From the human T2T-CHM13v2.0 reference genome, Homo sapiens: a stretch of 64,000 bases of DNA. The notes under the pieces were generated by a model. It ran no database searches, was not told the DNA's origin, and saw only the letters and a program-made list of their open reading frames with translations. The position numbers were made by a program, and so were the translations under genes. Positions 15,235-30,159 of this stretch are shown in pieces; position 1 is the stretch's first letter; each line of letters begins with the position of its first letter. The DNA is taken from the NCBI RefSeq assembly GCF_009914755.1, contig NC_060946.1; one strand, given 5' to 3'.

Positions 15235-15515
15235 GGCTGGGCGTGGTGGCTCACGCCTGTAATCCCAGCACTTAGGGAGGCCGAGGCAGGTAGATCACAA
15301 GGTCAGGAGATCGAGACCATCCTGGCTAACACAGTGAAACCCCATCTCTACTGCAAATACAAAAAAATAAGCCAGGCTTGGTGGCGGGTGCCTGTAGTCC
15401 CAGCTACTTGGGAGACTGAGGCAGAAGAATGGTGTGAACCCAGGAGGCGGAGCTTGCAGTGGGCGACAGCGTGACACTCCATCTCAAAAAAAAAAGAAAA
15501 GAAAAGAAAAGAAAA
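15235..15515 (+). mobile_element. AluY with a ~31-bp deletion in the right arm
   Basis: gcttgcagt|gggcgacag junction at 15460/15461. Confidence 0.92.
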
Positions 15516-15859
15516 TAGGGACAGTAAGACAAGGATTGTAGAAAGCAAAACAAAAACAAACAAGAATTAATGATCATTTCACCATGGAGGGCAACAGAGT
15601 AAAGCCCCAGTGATACTCTCTTGAGATACCATGTAGCACATGACCCCACACTGTCCCACAGAGGAGCTATCCCATCTGCTGGGTAAAGCCCTCAGGCAGA
15701 AAAGAAGAAAGATACATGCAGGAGACTGCAGTGGGAAGCCAGCATAGGGCTTGGACATGTGGGAGCTAGAGGCAAACTCAGGTAAGGCAAGGAAAATGGA
15801 GCATTTGCTGCAGGTGCTCAGTCTCATTAATAGGAAAACGTAGATGAAAACAACAATAA

Positions 15860-16640
15860 GCATTTCACCCTTCTAAGATTGGCAAAAGTTAAAACGTCGG
15901 ACAGTACTTAGGGTTGGCAAGAATGTGGAACAATGGGGACTCTTTCATGAAGGCTAATCAACAAGGATGGATAGAACTGGACAAGACTTTTCTATGCAAA
16001 TGAAGCTCTCCCACATGTACACAATATTCATAGCATCATACAAAAGAATCTGGAAGCAACCTAAATATCTATCAACAGTAGAGTGAATAAATAAATTATG
16101 ATAGGTAGTTAACAATATCTAACAGCAAAAAAAAAAAAAAAATAACGAGCAGTAGTTCTCCAGGACTGATAGCATTGGCATCGTCTAGGAACTTATGATA
16201 AATATTCATTCTCAGGTCCTTACGTAGTCCAACTGCAGAAACTCTGGGGGTTGAGCTCAGCAATCTGTGTATTACCAAGCCCTCCAGGCAATTTTAGTGC
16301 ACACTAAAGTTTGAGAACCACTGAAGTTGAGCTATGGCAGCACAGATTAGTCTCCCAAACATAATGTGGGGCAGAAAGTCAGGTGCATGATAATACATTC
16401 ATATGACACCATTATAGAAAATGTTTAAATATTCACTATATTATTATATTGCCCATGAATGCATACATGTGAAGTAGTAAAATGAAACAGAAATGCATGG
16501 GAACGATAAATACTAAGTTCAGGCTGATGGTTGCCTCTGGGAGGGAAATGAATAGGATATATAGTTTGCAGGAGTATACAGAGGACTTCAACTATATTGA
16601 TAATATGGTATTCCTTAAATAATTTACTGTATTATTCCTT
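15860..16640 (+). mobile_element. Old L1ME 3' fragments
   Basis: gttggcaagaatgtggaacaatgg...tggaagcaacctaaat...ggttgcctctgggaggga. Confidence 0.65.
16149..16323. mobile_element. MER5A
   Basis: cagtagttctc...agaaactctggggg...aagccctccagg...aaagtttgagaaccactg. Confidence 0.85.
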
Positions 16641-16694
16641 ATAATAGGAATAATGGTTTAAAAAACATATAACATGAAATTTACCATCTTAACC

Positions 16695-16806
16695 AGGATC
16701 TCACTGTGTTGCCCAGGCTGGTCTTGAACTCCTGGCCTCAAGTGATCCTCCCCTACTTAGCCTTTCAAAGTGCTGGTATTACAGGTGTGAGCCACTGCAA
16801 CTGGCC
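16695..16806 (-). mobile_element. FLAM / Alu left monomer
   Basis: Single Alu monomer. Confidence 0.85.
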
Positions 16807-16815
16807 TTATCATAA

Positions 16816-17157
<342 letters not shown>

Positions 17158-17199
17158 TGACATTTAAGTCACCATCACTCACCTATATATTCCAACCAT

Positions 17200-17690
17200 A
17201 TTAAACATCCTCTGCATATTTTTTGTCCTTTCTCTCTGCCATGCCTATATGCATACCATTGTTTTTGCTTGGAATGCCCTTATCTCATACCTTGCATGCA
17301 CAAATACTATTCATCCTCCAAAACCCAGTTCATAGGTCAATTCTTTGAAGTCTTCCCTGATTTCAGTATTTGCAAGTGGTCTCTTCCCTCTTCCAAATCC
17401 CCATAACACTCTAGCTTCTCCTTTTTCGTGGTACTCACATCTGACTACCTTGTTGTCTGTACATGCCATGATCTCCTTGGGACAGAATTCATAACTAAGA
17501 GCTAAAATGTATTGGGTGCCTACTGTGTGCCAGGCACTGTACATATAGTACTATATTTATTTGCTCATATGATCCTTTTATCAACCTGATGAGGTAGGCA
17601 GTGTTAGCTCCATTTTACAGATAAGGACAGTGAGATTTAGAGACTCAGCCAAGTTTACACAATGTGGCAGAGAAGGCTGTGGTCTGGCAA
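17200..17690. mobile_element. L2 fragment followed by a MIR (minus strand, ~17495-17680)
   Basis: gcttggaatgccct (L2); tactgtgtgccaggcactg...cattttacagataagga (MIR core). Confidence 0.75.
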
Positions 17691-17699
17691 AATGTATTG

Positions 17700-18070
17700 T
17701 TTCATTGCCATAATATAGAGTGGTTGCATGGAAGCGGAACCTAACATGACTATTCCCCAGCCACCTGGCATCCAGGCAGGACCTGTGACTAGTTCTCAGC
17801 AATAGAATCCAAGTGGAAGTGATGTGTGTCCATTCCAAGTGAAGGTATTTAAGAATCAGTTGTGCCTTTCCCCACTTCCGCCTTTATCTGCTATCTGGAT
17901 GCAGAGAACTCTAAGGAGCCCACCGTAAAGAAAGGCTCTTGAATCTCTCTGACTACACCAATCAACCAGGAATATCCACCTGGAAGCACCACCTACATGA
18001 GAAACAAATGTATTGAGGCACTGAAATTGGGGAGTTTATACAGCAGCTGGCATTATCTTAACTAATTCAA
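17700..18070 (+). mobile_element. Old MLT1 (J/K-like) LTR
   Basis: gtgactagttctcagcaatagaat...atgagaaacaaa...gcagctggcattatcttaactaat. Confidence 0.65.
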
Positions 18071-18214
18071 ACAGCTACCAAGGGGTGGAACTAGGCTTCA
18101 GACTGAGAAAAGCTTATTTTAGAGGCTGTGATTGGTATGAATCCATATCTATAAGATCAGAAGCCTGCACTTTTCACCACGAAGCCAGTGTCTCTCATCG
18201 TGTCAGTCAAAGGT

Positions 18215-18372
18215 CATTTCTACAAGGATTACAAAGCTGCCTGTAAAACATGTAGACATGGGACCTCACTCCAGATTTTCCAAATTAAAATCTTTGGTAT
18301 TTGTGACAAAAATCTGCCTTGTTAACAATCTTCCCAGGAGAACCTGGTGTACGCTAAATATTGAGAAACTTT
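18215..18372. mobile_element. MER5B-like MITE
   Basis: ggacctcactccagat...aaaatctgccttgttaacaatcttcccagg...tttgagaaact. Confidence 0.6.
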
Positions 18373-21289
18373 TCTATGAATGATATTGTCTCCTTCCTAA
18401 TATTCAGCACAGTGTTTTACAGAGAATAGGAGATCAGGCAGCATTGCATAGGTGAATGAACAAAAGTGTGAGCCAATAGGGCATTTCTGTGGAAAGGGAC
18501 CCCAAACTTTCCATCTCTTCTGGATCCTAAATCCAGTGCTGATTCCTTAAATCCTATTGGACAGCATCCCTCAGGATTCATTCTTGAGTCAGAAAGGTGT
18601 TCAACCATTGCCAGAAGTGACCCTCTACTATTCATGATGCTGAAGCCTCACTTTGAAGCTGCCAGAACTCAGACGCCATGCCTGGTGGATTTATTGCCCA
18701 GCCTGCCCACGGAGCAGGTAATTAGTTTGAAATGGAGAGCAACAATGAAGGTCAAACTCCCCCACTGTCACAAGGGACAGTTTGTTCCCAACAATTTCTC
18801 TCATAAAGGACCTGGAATCCTCCCCTCACACAGCCTTAGTCCTGAGAAGAGAGAAAAAAAGAAAAGAAAAGAAAAATACTTTCTCATAAAAGTCCACTCT
18901 AACCTTGATTTTTGTTGTAGCATTCTACAAGGGCTGATAACTGCTGGGATAATACAACGGATGGTGAATTTGATTCAATCCTGAATTCCGCTGCAGAGGG
19001 CTCCTGTGAGAACCGCTAACCTATCTTAATGGAAGAGGACAAAGAAAGGTCACCTTTGGATTTGTGAGGTCACGCACAGCTCAGGAGGAATGAAATTTAC
19101 TGAGTTTGCTGCCAGCTCAAGCCATTTTCTCAAAATGACCATCTCTCTAGGGAGAGATATTATGCTCATACTGTTAGAAGCTCGGAGGCTAGGTAATAAA
19201 ACAATATATGTTTGCTGTTTTGTCAGCTTTGGTTTTTGCTTTAGCAGTTGTTTAAAACGTGAAAAAAATCAAAGAAGAACAGAAAAATAAACAAGCAAAA
19301 AGACTAAAGACAGAGGGAAATGGAGAGTCAGCATACGAGGGGGAAAGAGCAGAGTGAATATAGAGACAGATAAAAGAACAGGGTGGAGTGAAAGGGGAAA
19401 AAAATAGATTCTACCTCCCTCCTTTTTCATTTGAAGAAAGCTTGTACGTCAGCTTTTCACTTTCCTGATCCATAAAAATTGTCAGTGACCCTGTTTCTTC
19501 TCTCCTCTGAGCCTGGAACAGGTATTGAGGGATAATCTTAGAAAGTTTTAAATTGCCTGAGCACGGCGCTGAAGCTGCCCATTGACTACTGGGAGTCTGG
19601 TGTGTTCAACAGAGGATGCAGCACAGAAAAGGAATCAATCTCTGAATCTTGTACCTTTATCAGCCCATGCTGGCTGCCCTCCTCCCTCTCCTACCATCTC
19701 CTGGAAAAGCTTTCAGCTGAATCCTTCATGTGCACTCTCTCGGATAAACAGTTGCATGTAATCCCTTGCTATGCAGGGGACAGAGATTCGGCCTTGCATG
19801 GTTAGAGCAAGGATTCTGGGCTCTGATTTCCCCATTCCTCCCTCTCTTTCTCACTCCCACAGGAATGAGGCCCTGAGAAACTGGAAGGTCAGGGAAGATT
19901 CCTGTGGGACCCCCACAGGAAGATTCCTGGGTTTCCCCCTCAGCACACCCTCCCCAGACACACCTGACGGCAAAAGCAGACATCCTCCTATCATTAAGAA
20001 ACTTATAAAATTATAATGTCCTTCTATCTTCAGCTTAATACCTTGCCGTTGTTAAAAAGAGAGAGAGAGAGAGAGGGAATAACACAAAGGAATTAAGCAA
20101 AAGGCTATTTCCACACACGATTCTGATTACAAATTTAGTGCTGTGTACATCTCTAGCAAGGTCAATTACAAACATCGAGGGGAAATGCCTGTGCCGGTTT
20201 TTTTCCGTATCTCAATTCTCTCTCTCCTGCCAATCCTGATATTCTTCTGCAAGGGACCACCTGCTGAGTAAAGGTTGGGACATAGTTTTAAGTCAAAAAT
20301 TTTGCTGCTTCTTAGCATTAAAAAGATGCAAGTTATTTAAAACTGGGTATACATCTTCAAGGTCACTATTCTGGAATTTAAAAATCAAGCAAATGTTGAG
20401 TCATCAAAGGAAATTTGCATTTATTTCAATAACTGAGGAAAAACGACTAGAAAAAATGTAACCCAGCTTTTAGATGGATATCTCCTTACCCCCAAAAGAT
20501 GGATTTATATCGGCTTATACCTCTCCCCAGTCCATGGCCTGTGGAAGTCCAAAGCTCTTTTCTTGTGTTTTTGAAAATTCTTGGAATCTTCCTTTTCCAT
20601 TCCCGCCTCTACTTCCTGGATACTGACTCATTGTGGACTGCCTCTTTTCTGGGCTTTGGGTTGACCCAGATATGAAACTTCCTGAAACCTCCACTCACCA
20701 AATAGGAACCAGCCCCACCAATCATCTGTGAACACTAAAGTCTTTACTAAAGATTTTAAAAGGGAAAGGAGGTTTATATGACAGCAATAAGAACACCACA
20801 GTCCTCCCCCTTCTTAAAATATCTATGGGCGGGCTACATATCAACTAAACATTTTCACTGGCCCCTCAGCTTGTTCCACTTAATTCTGCTGGCTCTTTGC
20901 CATTTTTCTCCCTCCCTCTCTTTTCCTTCCTACCTCTTTCTGGAGCATTAAAATGTAATTTCTCTCTATTTCCACTAAAGCCTTAGCTCTAGCCAGCATG
21001 TGGGTTGGGTGACAAGGGAAGGACTCACCAAGGAATCATTTCGAACACGATACTTAAAATACATCTAAGAAAAAAGAAAAAGGGCAGAGAAGTTGGTGGT
21101 CACCACTGCGTAGGACCTTTCTGTGCCTCCAGGGTGCTGCACCTGAGTGCTCCAACAGGAGAGACAGCCAGGGTTAGGGGTGAGGGGTCTAGAAGGGAGG
21201 GTTACCAGCATGAGCCTGGGGTCTGCACTGCTGAGAAAGAAGGGCCTTGGGGGAGAGCATTTATCCTCCATTCTTCATGTTTTCATATT

Positions 21290-21740
21290 GCAGCATGTTG
21301 AATGGTGCCCCCCCACAAAAAATATGTCTATATCCTAATTCCCAAAATGTGCAAATGTGACCTTCTTTGGAGAAAAGGTCTTTGCAATGTAATTAAGTTA
21401 AGGACCTCGAGATGACATTATCCTCGATTATCCGGGTAAGCTCTCAGTCCAATAGCAAGTGATGTTGTAAGAGTCGGAAGAGGAGACTCACACACAGGAG
21501 GAGAAGACCATGTGAAGACAGAGGCAGAAACTGGAATGAGCAGCCACAAGCCCAGGAACCCTAGAGCCACCAGAAACTGGAAGAGGCAAGGAGTAGAGCC
21601 TTCAAGGGGATCATGGTCTTGCCCACACTTTGATTTGGGACTTTTGGCCTCCAGACTGCAATAGAATAAATACCTGTTGGTTTTGGCACCTGGTTTTTTG
21701 GCAATTTGTTACCGCAACCCTAGGGTACCTCATTCACACC
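21290..21740 (+). mobile_element. MLT1B/C LTR
   Basis: gttgaatggtgcccccc...gtgaagacagaggcaga...gccaccagaaactggaagaggcaagg...aataaa. Confidence 0.9.
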
Positions 21741-22899
21741 TAGAGGGGCCTCCATTTGAGTAATGTTCCTGGACTTTTTCCCCAGAGGGAGCAACATGAC
21801 TTAAACTACAGAGTTGCAGGCCCCCCCAGTCTCCCCTAAATGGGGTCTGCCTACCTGCACCCTTTTTCTCACCTGCTCGCTTACGTGTTGTAAAGAGCCT
21901 GCCCCTATCAGGGGAGACGCATGGGTGTGAAGTTGTGCCAGCAGCTGGATGAATAAACGTGCCTTATTCAGGGTTAGTTAGCAAGATCGCTTTCCAACAG
22001 GCTGACCCACTTTACTCCAGTATCATTCATAATAACGGTGATAGTTTCATCTCTATCTGCCTGATTCTTTGGCCTCTCAGGTGGAGAAAGTAGACTGTTA
22101 TTCGTTCGCTTCCTAAAGCCTTGAAATAAGTCAAAGGGGCAAGGCAGAAGCTTGAGCAGAAAATGAGCCAAGAATTTGATGGTAGGCAACATCCAGATTT
22201 AAAAAAACCGTGATACCTCACGTGGTGCCTGCCAATTGGGCATTTCAGGGATTGGCCTGTGCATTTGCTATAGGCACCTTTTCTTCAAGATACTTTACTT
22301 CCATCTACTAGAAAATGGTTATAGTAGGCTGATTGGGATAGAACCAGAGAGTTTACTTTCATCTGCCTGGAATCGCCACAATTCAGGTGCAAGCAATGCC
22401 TAAGATGAGAATGACGCCCTCCAGTGTTGTGTGGTGCCCAATCTGTCCTGTGGTCAGTAAGTGATGGTTCTTATACCATATTAGGGAAAAAGGTGATACT
22501 CATATGCCACATTTCTCTCTCCCTCGTTCAACAGAAGCAGCCCTCATGCAATTCAGCCCCTCAGAGGTCACCTACTGGATTAGGCTTGCATGTCAATGAC
22601 TCGGTTTAGACTCAAGGAACCGTACTTGTTATACACTTATCTAAAAATGTCAAGTTCTGCCTGGACCAGCCTTTGACATTATCTTACTTTAGGTCTGGTA
22701 CCAGACCCTTCCGCTTAGAGTCACAAAGCACCTGGCCCTGCAGCTTGTTTTTGCTATAGGACAGTCAGTCAATCCCAAACAATTCACAAATGCTCACCCA
22801 GCCCCACCATTGGTCGGCATCCTCGTATGCTCACAGCCACCTCTATGCCCCCAGCTCTGCAACAGCCTAGCACAGTGAGGGGCACATAGAAAGTGCTCA

Positions 22900-23288
<389 letters not shown>

Positions 23289-24419
23289 TCATGACTTTTT
23301 CCATACCCATATTGTGCCAGCGCTATTATCTCCTTTAAATTGACTCACTTTTTGCCTCAAGTGATTTGAGTAAAAAACCTAACCTAAGGAGAAGCTCTAT
23401 ATTCTAAGAGAAAACAGGTGTCTTTCTACTACAGTAAAGTGTTCAGTCCAAGTACCATGGAAAACCATATCATCTATTACCTGTTGTGCACATATCACAC
23501 TTTGAGTAGTGTGGGCCTAGGACTCGGGTCCACCGTGACCTAAACCGAGATCCAACAAGCTCCCTGGTGCCAGCTGAATAATGCATCTCATCCCAACCTG
23601 CATGCCTTGTCAAAGGCAGCACAGAGTGTCACACTTGTTAGCAACAGGACAAAAAGATGCTGGTGTCTAGAAGAACAAGGAGAGGCAGGACACAGGCTCA
23701 CAGGATGTCAGCCCCTGTCAGAAGAAGACAGAGCCAGGCCTGTCAGCCAGAGGAACTGAATCAGAACAATTATTCAAAGTCATTTGTTTGGAGGACAAGG
23801 GAAAAGAGATTGATTTTTCTTCTTTTGCAGGAAATGCTTAGGTGAGCACAGACCCTGCTGGGTAGGCAAGCACCTGCCAGGTCGCTGACTGGAAACCCAG
23901 GTAATTCTATACTCCACATTTTCTGGATGAAGGTTCCTCTGGCATGGGCTGTCAGGGATGTCAAATGGCTCATTGAGAAAGCCTCTGCTCAGCATGCCAA
24001 CAGAAGACACTGCTTTTCCACATCTACTCTGATGTCAGGGAAGAGGTGTCCCTGGGTGCTACAGCCGTGGGCATGATAGAGACCAACCAGGAGAGGCAAG
24101 GTAGGACGGTCTGCTTGGCAAAGCGGTTGAGGCTGTTCTGGGCCTGGGAGCAGGACACAAGGAAGCCACTGCCCTCTCGGCACTAGTTCTGGGTGCCTTG
24201 GGAGGACCTTAGTTCACAAAGGATACAAAAGAAAAGTAAGGAGATCAATGATTGAGCATTTACAATGTGCTGGGCACTGTGCTAGCTGCTTTAAGAATAA
24301 ACATTGGATGCCCATATTCTACAGATGTTCAGAGTTAAGTCTTTATTTTTAAATAATCAGATAATATAAGCACTCATCCTACAGCTTGCTGGAAGGCCAG
24401 GGCATTTTCCAGGCATTTC

Positions 24420-25024
24420 TCTTTTTTTCTTTTTATTTCTTTATTTTCTTTCTTTTTTTAAACTTTTATCTTAGGTTCAGGGGTACATGTGCAGGTTTGT
24501 TATACAGGTAAACTTGTGTCATGGGGGTTTGGTGTACAGATCATTTTATCACCCAGGTACTAAGCATAGTACCCAATAGTTATTTTTTTTCTGACCTTCG
24601 CCCTCCACCCTCAACTAGGCCCCACTGTCTGTTGTTCCCCTCTATGTGTCTATGTGTTCTCATCATTTAGCTCTCACTTATAAATGATAACATGTGGTAT
24701 TCTATTTTCTGTTCCTGAATTAGTTTGCTAAGGATAATGGCCTCCAGCTCCATCTATGTTCCTGCAAAAGACATAATCTTATTCTCTTTAATGGCTGCAT
24801 AGTATTCTATGGTGTATATGTACCACATTTTCTTTATCCAGTCTACCATTGATGGGCATCTAGGTTGATTTCATGTCTTCACTATGGTAAATAGTGCTGC
24901 AATAAACATTTGCATGCATGAGTCTTTATGGTAGAATTTACATTCCTTTGGGTATATACCCAGTGATGGGACTGGTACATTGAATAGTAGTTCTGTTTTT
25001 AGTTCTTTGAGGAATTGCCACACT
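24420..25024 (-). mobile_element. 5'-truncated older L1PA (PA13-16-like) 3' end
   Basis: ttaggttcaggggtacatgtgcaggtttgtt...tttgaggaattgccacact. Confidence 0.93.
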
Positions 25025-25602
25025 GGCATTCTGAGAATTTCCAAAGACTGCTTTATGTTTCAAAAATCTTTTTGCTGCTTGTCACCTCTCCTATTGGGCT
25101 GCTTCTCTGAGCTTAAGTCCATTCACCATGGTTGCCTTGAAATCATGTCTCTGCATTGCCACCAGCCTCTCAGGGCCACTTTGCACATTGCTATATCTAT
25201 TTCTCCACCGTAGTAGAACCGAAGTTCTTCTCGAAGTCCCAATACACAGCAAACACAAGGTCTTCAGGTTGGATGTGTTTTGCCAAAGTGCAAAAACAAA
25301 ATGAGGACATTACACTGTGACTGGATGTCAGGCATCATTGCTTCTAGGACACATCCACCCTGTCCCTTCCCAGGAGGTCACTCCTGTCACCAGGACCTAA
25401 AGCCACTGACCTCTAGCCATGAGGAGCTCAGCCTCACTTATCTACCCAGACAAGAATCCTCCTTTTAAAGTCCTACAATTACAATTCCAACACCTTCTCA
25501 TTCTCTGGGCCTGACAAGAGGAAGCAACAAAATAAAAAACTTAACGAAAACATCTCACTAGAGATGCATCCACCTATGATGAAGATAACCTTTAAATTAT
25601 TA

Positions 25603-25852
<250 letters not shown>

Positions 25853-25959
25853 TAACCTTTAAATTATTAAGTAGAGGTTTTAAATAAGTGTCCAAAGCAT
25901 ATGCATTTGAAACTCACCATTCATCTTTAACTCTGAGTGACTATATTTATTTATTTATT

Positions 25960-26495
25960 TAACAGATCCTTACATAAACACCTTCTAAGTGACAGCTACC
26001 AAATATTAGCTCATTTAATTTTTATAGTTATCTTATAAGATAGTGTCTATTTTTATGCCCATTTGACAGACAAAGACACTGAGGTACAGACAGCCTTGCC
26101 CAAAGTCATACAGACAGCTAGTGGCAGATTAAGGTTTACAGCAGGTCATTTGGCTCTGTAGTTAGTGCTCCTGACTACTAGACCATGCTGCTCTGCAGTG
26201 GTTCCCTTCTGCACAGAGGGAGGGCCAATCCCAAGGACAAACCCAAGCTTAAACGGTGAGGCCTTAGAGAAGAAATGATGTGTCCACTCTTTCCATCATT
26301 AGGGGTTCAGAAGTACCATGACTCAGACATGGAACTGCCTACCCTAGTTACATTATCTAAATTAGTCTTCAAAACAGCCCTACTAGTTTAACTCTCCATT
26401 GTTCACTCTACAAGTGGGGAAACTGAGGTACAGGAAGCAGTGAAGCTTAGATTTGACCCCAAACCTGTCTTTTAAAAATATGCTCTTTCCACTAC
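25960..26495 (-). mobile_element. Two MIR fragments
   Basis: cccatttgacagacaaagacactgagg and ggggaaactgagg cores. Confidence 0.7.
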
Positions 26496-26939
26496 ACAGA
26501 ACATTGTATCTACAGGATGCTACCAAAGATCATTTTAAAATTTGCTTTATTTCAAGTCTCTATCTGCAGTTCTAAGAACTGAAGCTTTTAGAAGAAATAA
26601 AGCTGGATCTAAAAGAAAAAGTTTCCACAATGCTTAGCTGCACAAGTAGTGTGCTTGGAGCTATGTATGGGGAAAAAAGGACAATTTGTCATGGTTCTAA
26701 TTAAAAATGTAAACCTTTGGGCTAGGCACATTCCTATGCAGCTTACTTAATGTAATTCTTGCCTGTAGGTTTTCTTGTTCATCCATCATCTATTTGCTCA
26801 TAGTCAGCAAGGATCTATTTTAAATGCATTCTTCTTCCCCAAAGATAATGATGATGATGACTGTAGTAATGGTAATAATGTCAACATATTTCTATTCATT
26901 CATTCAACATATATTTATTTAAGTGCTCACTTAAATAAG

Positions 26940-27130
26940 CATGAGGCTGTAGCATTAGAATGCCCAGATTTGAATACTGGCTCTACCACTTGTGTGACCA
27001 CAAGCAAGTTATTTATTCTCTCTGTGCTTCAGTTCTTTGTTGTAAAGATAAAATGGAATTATACATCTGAAGTATTTAGAGCACTGCCTGGCACATAGGT
27101 AAGAGCTCAATGAATGTTCTTTGTTATTAT
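26940..27130 (+). mobile_element. MIR
   Basis: ttgaatactggctctaccacttgtgtgacc...gcactgcctggcacatagg. Confidence 0.8.
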
Positions 27131-28199
27131 TTGCCAACCATAACAATGGGTAGCAGTGACACAGATAAATGCAGCATAGCTGCAATTCAAATTAAATCAT
27201 TATAATGAAAACGGAAGTGCATCCTTACACTGACTGCTACATTGTTAGGCAAACATTACATGGGAATACCCAGCACAACTATTCTGCTTCTTGACTAGTG
27301 TCTCAAAATCAGAGTGGTGCTATGGAAGCTACCCTTAAGTGAACCCTGCAAACTCTTTCAAACATTGGTTCTATCTGAAAACTAAAGATCCATGATATTG
27401 GGTGAAGGCAACCTCTAACAACTTGGCAGGCTGAGCTGATGTTGCAGGACTTCCTTAGTACCATAAATATTGGTCAAAGTCAGGAAAAATGTAATACACA
27501 GTCCTTTAATTAAATACATCTTTCTCTGCAATACCAGCTTTGCTCCTGGCCTTTATGCTGAGCTCAAAGGAAAGAAAAAAATACTTAAGGGATAAAAACA
27601 AAATGGAAAATTAAGGCAAGAGTGTTAAGTAAGAGACAATGTTGCACTGATTCACAGGGGTCTTATCAATCAGTGGCTGGGAATTTTACAACCACACAGT
27701 AGGTAGGAGATTTGGCCTGGGGAGGTGAGAGGGTGGAGAGATAGAAAAAGGGGTAGGTGGAGAAAGAAAGAGAGAGAAAGAGAAAGGAAACAAGTTGTAA
27801 CACAGACCCTTGCATAAGGCTGGGAACCTTGAAATGCCATTCCATCTATGAAAAGGAGATAATATTTAATTATCCAGCTCAAGGAAGTTTGTATCTAACT
27901 GTAAGTGAGAAAATAAAGTTACCATAAGAAATGGAAATGCCAAGCCTGAAGCATGTGTTGTAGGTGATCTAAATTCATTCACATTATTGCCATAATTTTT
28001 AAAAGTCCAAATAAGAAATAAAGACAAAATCTGTTTTGAAATTAGTGTGACCACAAGGATCTTATCAGCTACAAATTCAAAACCACTATGTAAGGATAGT
28101 TCCAAGACACATGGCCCTCCTACAAAAGAAACACCATCCAAATATTAGTTTCCACTTAAGATTATAAACTAACATAATAAATTATAATGAAGGAAATTC

Positions 28200-29280
<1,081 letters not shown>

Positions 29281-29759
29281 AGACATTGCTTTGGTGAGAT
29301 TCCTAGAGTGATTATTTCTAAGTCTTGCCCTCACAGAGCAGGAGATTAGAAGGACCCTGAAAATCAGAGAAAAAAACAGTATTTATAAACCTAGAATTTG
29401 CATAAAGAAAACAAACATGTCTTTTTCTCCCAAGAAAAAGAAAGGAAGCCCAAAGCAAATAAGTTTGAGCTGATTTTAGGTTCTTAATCTATTCCAACTT
29501 CTGAGAGAAAATCCCTTCTCAGAGATAGGTGGGGCTCATTTTATGGGTGGGTTATTGGACTGGCCCATGGGGCCTTAATGGTGGACACACAGTTGTCTGC
29601 ACTGGTCAGAAGAATTTTGAAATTGTCATAGATCTCAAAGAGCTTATAAATAGCTTACTAAAGGAAATAGGTAAGTTCATAATAATTATAAAGCATGTGT
29701 GTGCTCAAAAAGAGACCATTCAGACCATCCATAGACACCTCTATGACCATCAAGAGAGT

Positions 29760-29990
29760 AGGTGTCCAACTCCTTGTCATCTATAGTTCAGACTTAGATT
29801 GACATTCTAGGCCTTTCGCCATCGTGTCCTATTGTAACTTTTCCAATATAATCTTTCAATTGTCCCAGAATTAACCCTCTCCTTCTCAAATGGACTCTTC
29901 TTTAACCTTTAAAAAAGTCACATTTTAATAACTATGAATTAAATAAATATTGGTAAATATTGGTTGTTTGTTGGTTGATTTGTTGACTGT
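29760..29990 (+). mobile_element. L2 remnant containing a non-L2 ~60-bp insert
   Basis: L2-like flanks (gacattctaggcctt...; taaatatttggttgtttgttggttgatt). Confidence 0.5.
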
Positions 29991-30159
29991 TTTAATAAAC
30001 AAAAACAGTTCTTATGTTCTTATATCTTGGCATCTAATCTGTGCTAAACCACTGTTGACAAATTATACCACAAGACTGTACATTAAAAAGTGTAAATCTT
30101 CTCTATCAATCATGCAAGCCACGTGCCCTCAACTCTGGGTTGTGACAACTTTCACGGTA

